Origin: Gemmatimonadales bacterium
Lineage (GTDB): Bacteria; Gemmatimonadota; Gemmatimonadetes; Gemmatimonadales; GWC2-71-9
Reading direction: 5' to 3'
Assembly (NCBI GenBank): GCA_035266665.1
Contig: DATFMZ010000302.1
Location: forward strand, 1 to 44,898
Length of the DNA: 44,898 bases
The position numbers were made by a program, and so were the translations under genes. The notes beneath the pieces were generated by a model. That model did no database searches, was not told where the DNA came from, and worked only from the letters and a program-made list of their open reading frames with translations. Within the stretch, counting starts at the first letter, position 1; each line of letters begins with the position of its first letter. This document shows, in pieces, positions 26,419 through 34,386 of the stretch.

Positions 26419-26477
26419 CGTATAGCATCTCCCGCGTGGCGATTCATCGGTCAGGCGTCGCGAACTCCACGGGGCAT

Positions 26478-26504
26478 GACACGGGAGGCGGCGTGCGTGT
26501 GACA
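26478..26504 (-). promoter_or_regulatory. ECF41-type promoter-like motif upstream of the DoxX gene
   Basis: Minus strand reads TGTCACA-cgcacgccgcctcccg-TGTC (N16; -10 tetramer TGTC instead of CGTC). Lies between the sigma A stop and the DoxX ATG, with 59 nt to the ATG. Confidence 0.5.
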
Positions 26505-26511
26505 GAGCGGG

Positions 26512-27390
26512 CTAGGTCTCGGGAGGAAGTCCCGCGAGCTTGTCGGGATTGCCGACCGCGTAGACGGTCCGGATGCGGCCGCCTCGAATGTCGAAGATGA
26601 GCGCCGCTTGCGCGTGCGTACCGGCATAGGCGATGAACCCCGGCTGCCCGTTGATCGTGGTCGCACGAAGGCTCGTGCGCGCCGGGGCGAATCGCCGCGT
26701 CGTCCCGATGACGAATCGAGCCACGGCGTTCGGGCCATGAATCGGGTTCAGCGCGGCCCCTGGGATCCGGCCGCCGCCGTCGGCCCAGAGGGTGATGTCC
26801 TCCGCGAGGAGCGCGACGAGGCCGTCGACGTCTCCGGCCGCCGTGGCCCGGGTGAACTGCTCGACGAGCCGCGCGGCATGTGCCTGATCCGGCTCGAAGC
26901 GCGCGTGCGCCGTGCCCACGTGCTTCTTGGCGCGCGTCAGCAGCTGACGGCAGTTCGCCTCCGACTTGTCCACGATGCGGGCAATCTCGGCGTACTCGAA
27001 GGCGAAGACTTCGCGGAGCAGGAAGACGGCGCGTTCGATCGGGGAGAGCCGCTCCAGCAACACCAGGAACGCCATCGAGAGAGATTCGGCAAGCTCGACG
27101 GACCCCGACGGATCCGGGACGGTGTCGGTCACGAGCGGCTCCGGTAGCCAGGGCCCCACGTACGTTTCGCGTTGATGCCGAGCGGAGCGGAGCTGGTTGA
27201 TGGCGAGGCGCGTGACGATCGTGGTCAGATACGCCCGCGGCGCACGCACGTCCACCTCTGGCGCCTCCTGCCACCGGAGATAGGCGTCCTGGACCAGATC
27301 TTCCGCATCCATCACGCTCCCGAGCATCCGGTAGGCGATGGAGAAGAGCAACGGTCTGGTCGATGCGAAGACGTCAGCTCGAGTTTCCAT
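26512..27390 (-). CDS. ECF41-group (SigJ-like) sigma-70 factor with fused SnoaL-like C-terminal domain (paralogue A)
   Basis: ORF 26512..27501 trimmed to ATG 27390. Clearly alignable by eye with paralogue B (FSIAYRMLGS, YVGPWLPEP, LSMAFLVLLERLSP, DGGGR, NPDKL). Confidence 0.9.
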   Translation of the reverse strand: METRADVFASTRPLLFSIAYRMLGSVMDAEDLVQDAYLRWQEAPEVDVRAPRAYLTTIVTRLAINQLRSARHQRETYVGPWLPEPLVTDTVPDPSGSVELAESLSMAFLVLLERLSPIERAVFLLREVFAFEYAEIARIVDKSEANCRQLLTRAKKHVGTAHARFEPDQAHAARLVEQFTRATAAGDVDGLVALLAEDITLWADGGGRIPGAALNPIHGPNAVARFVIGTTRRFAPARTSLRATTINGQPGFIAYAGTHAQAALIFDIRGGRIRTVYAVGNPDKLAGLPPET

Positions 27391-27406
27391 ACGGTTCCGA
27401 ACGCTA

Positions 27407-27433
27407 GACAGACAATCCCTCGCATCTGTGACA
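27407..27433 (-). promoter_or_regulatory. ECF41-type promoter-like motif upstream of sigma paralogue A
   Basis: Minus strand reads TGTCACA-gatgcgagggattgtc-TGTC (N16). 16 nt lie between the tetramer and ATG 27390, the same geometry as at paralogue B. Confidence 0.5.
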
Positions 27434-27559
27434 TCTCGACGAGGGATGCCGGACCTCACGGGGGACCGCGGGCACACCGAGCGCAGGGATTCGGATCCCA
27501 TTCCCCCTGCCGGGGTGTATTACGGCTTTCCCGTCACCCCACCCCGCGCGGAGGAGTCC

Positions 27560-29218
27560 ATGCGATCTCGAGTGGCCCTGGCGAGCGCCCTCGGCGCGCT
27601 CGCGATCATGGCGTGCAGCTCCCAGCAGGCGGCGGGGCCCCCGGCCCCGCCCGCCTGCGGCGGGCGCGAGACGGTCGTCTCGCTCACCGTGGGCACCTAT
27701 ACCAGCGTCGACCCCACCAGCGATTCGGGGTGCGCGACGTTCGCCGCCAACGCCTCGAGCACCGACACCGCCGAGTATCTCGTGGTGGCCCAGGCCGCGG
27801 GCGGCGCCCCCGGACAGACCGGCTCCTTCGCGCTCAGGACGCTCGCGCTCACCGCAACCGCATCCGTCACGGGCCCTCCCATGCACGTTGAAGCGTCGGC
27901 GCCGACGACGGCCGCGACGTTCGACCACTTCCTGCGCGAGGTGGGCGAAGGCATCGTTCAGCCGGCGCGGCCGCCCGCATCGTTCCTGGCGCCGCGCTTT
28001 GACGTGACGGGCGCCGCGGGGGCACCGCCCACCGTCGGCTCGCTCCGGACCTTCACCGTCTGCGCCACGCTCACGTGCAGCAGCTTCACGTCCGTCACGG
28101 CCAGGGCCCGCGCGGTGGGCACGAACGTCGCCATCTACGTGGACACGCTCGCGCCGACCCCCGGGTTCTCCACCGCCGACGTCGACACGCTGCTCCAGAC
28201 GTTCGGTCAGCAGCTCTATCCCGCCGATACGAATGCCTTCGGTGGCCCCACCGACATCGATCAGAACGGCGTCGTCATCGCGCTGTTCACCGGCGTGGTG
28301 AACTCCCTCGTCACGAAGGCGCAGTGCACGTCGAGCGGGTTCATCGTCGGCTACTTCTTTCCCGGAGACTTGAGCCCGGCCGTCTCGCAGACCTACAACC
28401 ACGGCGAGATCATGTACATGCTCGCCCCCGATTCGCTCGGTACGCTCAGCTGCCCGCACACCGTGACGTCGCTCAAGCTCCGCATCGGCGCGACGTTCAT
28501 GCACGAGTTTCAGCACATGATCAACTACGGTCAGCACGTGGTCGATCGGAATGGCCCGGCCGAGCAGGTCTGGCTCGACGAGGGACTGTCCAAGTACGCG
28601 GAGGAGCTCGGCGGCCGCACGTTTCTCCCGTCCGATCCGACGGACTTCTCGTACTACGTCACCGATGACGTCTACGACGGGGGGAACTACCTCGCCGCGA
28701 CCGGCGACCATGCGCTGATCACGTCCAGCGATCAGAATCTGCCCGACGTCGGCGCGGGATGGCTGTTCGTGCGCTATCTCGTGGATCGGTTCGGCACGGG
28801 GATCACGCGGAAGCTCACCGAGACCACCAATATCGGCACGACGAACGTGGCGGCGGCGACGGGCGAACCTTTTGCCACGACGGCCGGTGATTGGGCGCTC
28901 GCCAACTGGGTGTCCGACCTACCCGGATTCACGGCGCCGCCCGAGCTCAAGTACACCTCGTGGGCCTTTCGCGCGACGTTCGCGGCGGCCAATCAGCAGG
29001 ACCCAGCGGACTTCCCATCGCCGTTCCCGTTGGTGCCGCTTCGGATGCTGTCCGACTCGGTCAACGTGAGCGGCGTGCTGCACGCCGGATCGGGCACCTA
29101 CGTGCGCGTACTGCAGCCGCCGAGCGGCGGAGCGTTCACGCTTCGCTTCGACGGCGGGGGTGTCGTCGCACTCTCCGATTCGCTCGTGCCGCGGCTCGAC
29201 GTGGTCCGGACGCGCTGA
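27560..29218 (+). CDS. lipoprotein with gluzincin-type HExxH...E metallopeptidase motif (possibly M30/MA-clan-like)
   Basis: ORF 27338..29218 trimmed to ATG 27560 (GAGGAG upstream). MRSRVALASALGALAIMAC lipobox. ATFMHEFQHMINYGQH...VWLDEGLSKYAEE zinc-site-like motif. The family assignment is my recollection only. Confidence 0.72.
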   Translation: MRSRVALASALGALAIMACSSQQAAGPPAPPACGGRETVVSLTVGTYTSVDPTSDSGCATFAANASSTDTAEYLVVAQAAGGAPGQTGSFALRTLALTATASVTGPPMHVEASAPTTAATFDHFLREVGEGIVQPARPPASFLAPRFDVTGAAGAPPTVGSLRTFTVCATLTCSSFTSVTARARAVGTNVAIYVDTLAPTPGFSTADVDTLLQTFGQQLYPADTNAFGGPTDIDQNGVVIALFTGVVNSLVTKAQCTSSGFIVGYFFPGDLSPAVSQTYNHGEIMYMLAPDSLGTLSCPHTVTSLKLRIGATFMHEFQHMINYGQHVVDRNGPAEQVWLDEGLSKYAEELGGRTFLPSDPTDFSYYVTDDVYDGGNYLAATGDHALITSSDQNLPDVGAGWLFVRYLVDRFGTGITRKLTETTNIGTTNVAAATGEPFATTAGDWALANWVSDLPGFTAPPELKYTSWAFRATFAAANQQDPADFPSPFPLVPLRMLSDSVNVSGVLHAGSGTYVRVLQPPSGGAFTLRFDGGGVVALSDSLVPRLDVVRTR

Positions 29219-29245
29219 ATGACCGACGCCCAGGCGGTACCGGCA

Positions 29246-30874
29246 TCACGGAGCGGCGTTGAGGGCCTGCCGAACCGCGTACTCGACGTCTTCGATCGCC
29301 CACGGCTTGGGGATCACGCGGACGCCGCGCGGCACCAGGAACGTCTTCCCGGGTCGATCCTGGTATCCGCTTGACAGGAGAAACGGCACGGAAGGGCTCC
29401 GGTCGCGGATCGCGCGGTACACGTCCGCGCCGCTGAGGCCGGGCATCATCATGTCGGACATCACGAGATCGATCTCGCCCGCGTGCGCCTCGAAGAGCGC
29501 GATGCCCTTCGAGCCATCCTCGGCGATCAGTACGCGATAGCCCAGATAGTGCAGTACGCGCTGACCGGTGCGACGCAGGCTCGCGTCGTCCTCGATCAAG
29601 AGGATCGTTGCCCCGGTATGCGTAGGCGCCGTGTGAGTCGGTGCGGGGGGCTGCGCGCGGGGCATCTCCGTGGTTCGCGGGAAGTAGAGATGGACGGTCG
29701 TGCCGCGTCCCGGCGCGCTCTCCAGATCGAGGAATCCGTTCTGCTGCTTCATCAATCCGTAGACCATGGAGAGCCCGAGGCCGGAGCCCACGCCCGGAGG
29801 CTTGGTCGTGAAGAACGGCTCGAGCGCCCGGGTCCTGGTCTCTGCGTCCATTCCGTCGCCGCCGTCCTCGACCGAGATCCGAATGAAGTCGCCGGGCGAG
29901 AGCCAGGCCGGCCGCCGCGTATCCGCGCCGTCCACGTGCTCCGGCGTCACGATGACCCGTACGCCTCCGGACGTGAGCGTCGCGTCGCGCGCGTTGGTGG
30001 CGAGGTTCAACAGGATCTGTTCGACGGCGACGACGTCGCACAACGCGATGCACGCCGGGGCGATCTCGACATCCAACGCAACGTGCTCCGGGATCACCTG
30101 CCGCAGCATCGACTCCGCTCCGCGCGCGACGGCGCTCAGGTCGGTGGGCACGACGTCGAGACTCACGTTTCGGCTGAAGCCGAGGAGCTTGGCGATCATC
30201 GTCGCGCCGCGGCGCGCGGCGCCGCGCAGCTCCGCCAGCTCGGTCCGCGTCTCGGCATCTTCGGGATCGAGCGATGCCGCGATCAAGGAGGCATTCGCCA
30301 TGATGACCGAGAGCACGTTGTTGAAGTCGTGGGCGACACCCGCCGTCATCCGCCCTACCGCCTCCATCTTCTCCGCCTGCCGGCGGCGGGCTTCGAGAGC
30401 TTCGCGCCCGATGCCGCTCCCGTGAAAGTGCACCTCGATCGCGCGCACCCCCGGCGTATCGAGGCGGTTCACCAACTTCACGGCGAGCCACGGGAATTCG
30501 CACGTGGGATCCGGTGTCTTGATCGTCGCGGGGATCGCGACGTCCGGTTGCTCGAGACACCGACCGAACACGTCCTGCGCGTAGGCGACGTCGTCGGGCA
30601 CACAGAGGTCGAAGCCGAGCCGGCCGACGAGCTCGGCGGGAGGGTAGCCGAGGTAGCGCTCGGCAACGGCATTCGCATACCGGATGACGCCCGTGCCATC
30701 CACGAGGAGCATCCCCTCGTCGCTGTTTTCGACGAGCGTGTGAAAGTGAGCGTCGCGGGGTGTAGGGGAGCGCGGCGGTCGGCGGCGTGTGGCACCGGCG
30801 ACCGGTGGGAGAGGACTCGTGCGCGGGAAGCCATCCCGCCGGGGCGGCCCTCCGAATGGCCAGGGCCGATCCAT
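29246..30874 (-). CDS. hybrid sensor histidine kinase / response regulator (PAS-HisKA-HATPase-REC), cytoplasmic
   Basis: AAGGAG SD 7 nt before ATG 30874. PAS (LVENSDEGMLLVDGTG). H-box GVAHDFNNVLSVI. G-boxes DGGDGMD...GSGLGLSMVY. C-terminal REC (ILLIEDD...DLVMSDMMMPGLSG). Confidence 0.92.
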   Translation of the reverse strand: MDRPWPFGGPPRRDGFPRTSPLPPVAGATRRRPPRSPTPRDAHFHTLVENSDEGMLLVDGTGVIRYANAVAERYLGYPPAELVGRLGFDLCVPDDVAYAQDVFGRCLEQPDVAIPATIKTPDPTCEFPWLAVKLVNRLDTPGVRAIEVHFHGSGIGREALEARRRQAEKMEAVGRMTAGVAHDFNNVLSVIMANASLIAASLDPEDAETRTELAELRGAARRGATMIAKLLGFSRNVSLDVVPTDLSAVARGAESMLRQVIPEHVALDVEIAPACIALCDVVAVEQILLNLATNARDATLTSGGVRVIVTPEHVDGADTRRPAWLSPGDFIRISVEDGGDGMDAETRTRALEPFFTTKPPGVGSGLGLSMVYGLMKQQNGFLDLESAPGRGTTVHLYFPRTTEMPRAQPPAPTHTAPTHTGATILLIEDDASLRRTGQRVLHYLGYRVLIAEDGSKGIALFEAHAGEIDLVMSDMMMPGLSGADVYRAIRDRSPSVPFLLSSGYQDRPGKTFLVPRGVRVIPKPWAIEDVEYAVRQALNAAP

Positions 30875-30998
30875 AGGAACTCCTTCAATTGTGGACTACG
30901 GGTTCCAGGAGATGGTCCTAGTATGAGGGTGATGCACGCCGTGCGAAAGGGCCACCGGGGCCACAAGCCCATGATGCTCCCGGTTGGGTAGTGCGATC

Positions 30999-31028
30999 TT
31001 GGGACATCACCCCGCGAAATTGGGACAT
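30999..31028 (+). promoter_or_regulatory. phased direct repeat TTGGGACAT-N12-TTGGGACAT (candidate transcription-factor operator)
   Basis: Exact 9-mers at 30999-31007 and 31020-31028 (21-nt period). Each is preceded by GCGA-NN. Located in the 405-nt divergent region between kinase 1 (ATG 30874, minus) and the SBP gene. Confidence 0.6.
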
Positions 31029-31279
31029 TTCCGGCGTCGCGCAGCCACCGCGAGCCGCATCACGCGTTACGCATCGCGCACGCAGGCCGCGGGCGCTCAC
31101 CATTGTCCGGATCGCTTGTTGCGCAACGTCGTCAGCCATCACAACTTGGCAACGGACACCATGCGTTCGTCTAGTTGGCGCTCACGGCGCTGGATGCACC
31201 GCGGCGTGCGCGATGGTGTCATTCTGCATGAGTCGTGTCGTGGGCTCGTCCATCAAGGGGCCCGTCGGAGGACCGTCTC

Positions 31280-32095
31280 GTGAGGCGAAGTTGGATCGCG
31301 ATCACCTCCCTCACCGCCGTCGCACTGGGTACCTCCTCGTGCGGCTCTCGCCACTTGAGCACGCTCGACCGCGCGCGCGCCGCCGGCATCATTCGCGCCG
31401 CATATGCCCCTGAAGCCCCTTACGCGTACCGCGACAGCGCGGGCCGTGTCACGGGCCAAGCTCCCGAGCTGCTCCGCGAACTCACGCGTCGACTCGGCAT
31501 TCCGCACGTCGAGTTCGTGCAGACAGAATTCGCCCTGCTGATCCCGATGCTCCAATCCGGGAAGGTGGACGTGATCGCCTCGGGCATGTTCATAACCCCG
31601 AGACGGGCCACGCTCGTGGCGTTCAGCGATCCCACGCTATCCGTCTATGAGAATCTACTCGTTCCACGCGGCAACCCACGCCATCTGACCTCATACGCGA
31701 GCGTCGCGCGTGACACCACCGTCCATCTCGCCGTCCTGGCCGGCTCCGTCGAGGAGGCGACCGCACGAGCCGACGGTGTGGCAGCATCCCGCTTGCTCAT
31801 CGCGCCCGACGTGCGCACCGCAAACGCGGCATTCACGGCAGGCCAGGTGGACGCGCTCGCGATCTCGGCGCCGACCGCGCGCCGCGCGGCGGCCGGCCTC
31901 CAGGCAGACGTCGTTCCGCTTCCCGGGGGGCGCTCCTCGGCGGCGTTCGCGGTACGGCAGGACGACCGCCATTTCCTCGCGGCGCTGGATTCTACGCTTC
32001 GGATCGTGCTCGCGGCTCCGGCGTACGCCGGGTTCGTCGGTCGATTCGGGTTCCTCCCGGACGAGGTCCCGGGAGCGGCGGACTCCACGCCATGA
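31280..32095 (+). CDS. family-3 periplasmic solute-binding protein (amino-acid type), lipoprotein-like signal
   Basis: ORF 31235..32095. I favour GTG 31280 (GGAGG 8 nt upstream), giving MRRSWIAITSLTAVALGTSSC. SBP_bac_3-like ...IRAAYAPEAPYAYRDSAGRVTG...GKVDVIASGMFITPRR... ATG 31235 remains possible. Confidence 0.85.
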   Translation: MRRSWIAITSLTAVALGTSSCGSRHLSTLDRARAAGIIRAAYAPEAPYAYRDSAGRVTGQAPELLRELTRRLGIPHVEFVQTEFALLIPMLQSGKVDVIASGMFITPRRATLVAFSDPTLSVYENLLVPRGNPRHLTSYASVARDTTVHLAVLAGSVEEATARADGVAASRLLIAPDVRTANAAFTAGQVDALAISAPTARRAAAGLQADVVPLPGGRSSAAFAVRQDDRHFLAALDSTLRIVLAAPAYAGFVGRFGFLPDEVPGAADSTP

Positions 32096-34239
32096 CGCCA
32101 CCGTCACTTGGCGCGCTGCGGAGGGCGTTCGGCCACGTCGCTACCCAGTTGGCGCTCGCCGTCGTCGGGGTCGCGTCGGTGATTCTTCTCCTCGTCGGTG
32201 CGCGCGCGTCCCAACGTGCCCGCGAGCGCACGAGGAGTTTGGTGCAGGAGGTGGGTGATGCACGGCTCAATCTCACCAAGGCGTATCTCGTGATCGGTCG
32301 CGTGGCCGCCGGCGACTCGACCTTCTCGCTTCAGGATGCCGTCGCGTACGCCGAGAACGCCCATGCGGATCTGCGCGATCTGCTCGGAGGGACGGATGCT
32401 GGTCAACCTGCCGCGTCGCCGCTTGTCGCGGACGACACCCTCCGGGCCATGCTGGCCGCCCTCGATCAGCGCGCGCGCGCATTCGACAGTGTGGCGCATG
32501 CCGAGACCCCGGGCACGCCGATGCGCGCCATGGAAAACGTCGACCGGCGTGTGGCGTTCGGCGCCTTCGAGCGGTTGGCGGATACCATTGACGCACGGCT
32601 GGACGCTCGGTTGAACGCCCTCGACGCCGCCGCCGAGTGGGATGTCTTCCTGACCCTCGGGGCGTGGGTCGTGTTCCTCGTCGGAATGGGCGCCGTCGTC
32701 CATGCGCTCACACGCTCGCGGCGCCGCGCCGAGCTCCAGTTGCGACGGAACGAAGCGCGGTATCGCCTGCTGTCGTCCCTCGCCCCCGTGGGCATCTTCC
32801 GCGCGGACGCTGACGGCCGCATGCTCGACGTCAACGAGCGCTGCGTGCTCTTGGCGAGCTTCGCGAGCGACTCGCTGATCGGTCGCTCGTGGTTCGACGC
32901 CGTACATCCACAAGAACGGCAGCGCGTGCGCGAGGCGTGGCGCGACGCGCTCGAACATGACAAGGAGTTTCGCGTCGAGTGCCGGCTCGCCGGATCCGAT
33001 ACCCGTGAGCGCTGGGTCCTCGCGCGGGCCGCACGTGTGGACGGCGCCGGCGTGGTCGGGACACTCATCGATATCTCCGACCGCAAGCACGTCGAGCTCC
33101 AGCTGCAACAGGCGCAGAAGCTCGAATCCGTGGGCGAGCTGACGGGGGGGATCGCGCACGACTTCAACAATTTGCTCGCGGTGATCGCGACGAACGCGGA
33201 GCTCCTCGAGCCCGTCCTGCCGCCGAACGAGCCTGAGGCGGCGGCGATGCTGTACGACGTGCGCGAGGCGGTGAAGAGCGGCACCGAGCTGGTGCGCGGG
33301 CTCGTGGGATTCAGCCGCCGTGCCGATCTCCGACTCGAGGAGGTCCGGCTCGCAGACGTCATCCAGACCACGGGCAAACTCATGCGGCGGGTCGTGCCGG
33401 CCAGCATCACGGTCCGGGCAGACGACGTCGATGACACCGTGTACGTGCACGCGGACCCCGTTGCGATCCAGCAGATCCTCCTCAATCTCGCGACGAACGC
33501 GCGCGACGCGATGCCCAAGGGCGGCGTGCTCACGCTCGAGGTGCGGTGGCGGGACGCGGACGAGGGCTTCTTGCGTGAGCATCCGTGGGCTATTCCGGGA
33601 TGGTACGGCATCCTCGAGGTGCACGATACCGGCACGGGGATGAGCGAAGCCGTGCGGAGTCGCATCTTCGAGCCGTTCTACACGACGAAACCGGTCGGAC
33701 GCGGCACGGGGCTCGGGCTCGCGATGGTGTACGGACTCGTTCGCCAGCAGTTCGGGTTCGTCCACGTGTACAGCGAGTTGGGCCATGGCACGCGATTCGT
33801 GGTCGGCCTGCCGGCGAGCACCGCGACCGCGCAAGAGCGTCATACCCCGAGCGGACGCACGCACGCCTTCCGCTCGGGGTCCGAGCACGTGCTCGTGCTC
33901 GAGGACCAGGACAGCCTGCGCCGCGCCCTCTGCCGGACCCTCGAGCACCTCGGGTACCGCGTCACGGAGGCGCCGGATGGTGCGGCCGCGCTCGCGCTCC
34001 TCGAGGGCGAGCACGACATTGACCTCGTCATCGCCGACATCGTGATGCCCGGCATGGGTGGCATTGACGTGTTCGATCGCCTGGAAGGCCGCGCGGCACC
34101 ACCGTTCATCTTCACGAGCGGCTACACGGCACGGGACATCCAAGAGCGCGCAAAGTTGCCGGAGTACGCGGCGTTCCTTCGGAAACCGTGGACACTGCAG
34201 GATCTGAACGACCAGCTGCGCACCGTGCTCGACACGTGA
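32092..34239 (+). CDS. membrane hybrid sensor histidine kinase / response regulator (2 TM-periplasmic region-PAS-HisKA-HATPase-REC)
   Basis: ATGA overlap with the SBP gene. Two TM segments flank a sensor region of about 150 aa. H-box GGIAHDFNNLLAVI; HATPase G-boxes; C-terminal REC (VLVLEDQD...DLVIADIVMPGMGG). Confidence 0.92.
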   Translation: MTPPSLGALRRAFGHVATQLALAVVGVASVILLLVGARASQRARERTRSLVQEVGDARLNLTKAYLVIGRVAAGDSTFSLQDAVAYAENAHADLRDLLGGTDAGQPAASPLVADDTLRAMLAALDQRARAFDSVAHAETPGTPMRAMENVDRRVAFGAFERLADTIDARLDARLNALDAAAEWDVFLTLGAWVVFLVGMGAVVHALTRSRRRAELQLRRNEARYRLLSSLAPVGIFRADADGRMLDVNERCVLLASFASDSLIGRSWFDAVHPQERQRVREAWRDALEHDKEFRVECRLAGSDTRERWVLARAARVDGAGVVGTLIDISDRKHVELQLQQAQKLESVGELTGGIAHDFNNLLAVIATNAELLEPVLPPNEPEAAAMLYDVREAVKSGTELVRGLVGFSRRADLRLEEVRLADVIQTTGKLMRRVVPASITVRADDVDDTVYVHADPVAIQQILLNLATNARDAMPKGGVLTLEVRWRDADEGFLREHPWAIPGWYGILEVHDTGTGMSEAVRSRIFEPFYTTKPVGRGTGLGLAMVYGLVRQQFGFVHVYSELGHGTRFVVGLPASTATAQERHTPSGRTHAFRSGSEHVLVLEDQDSLRRALCRTLEHLGYRVTEAPDGAAALALLEGEHDIDLVIADIVMPGMGGIDVFDRLEGRAAPPFIFTSGYTARDIQERAKLPEYAAFLRKPWTLQDLNDQLRTVLDT

Positions 34240-34386
34240 GACCGAACCAATCCTGACGCGACGCCCTTGCCCCGCTGCACGTACGGTCGTAGTCTAGCGG
34301 CAGCAGAGGAGCGGCATACGAGCCACCCCACCGACGCGCGTCCCCACCCCCCCGACCAAAGTCGCTTTACCCGTGCCGCCACCATC

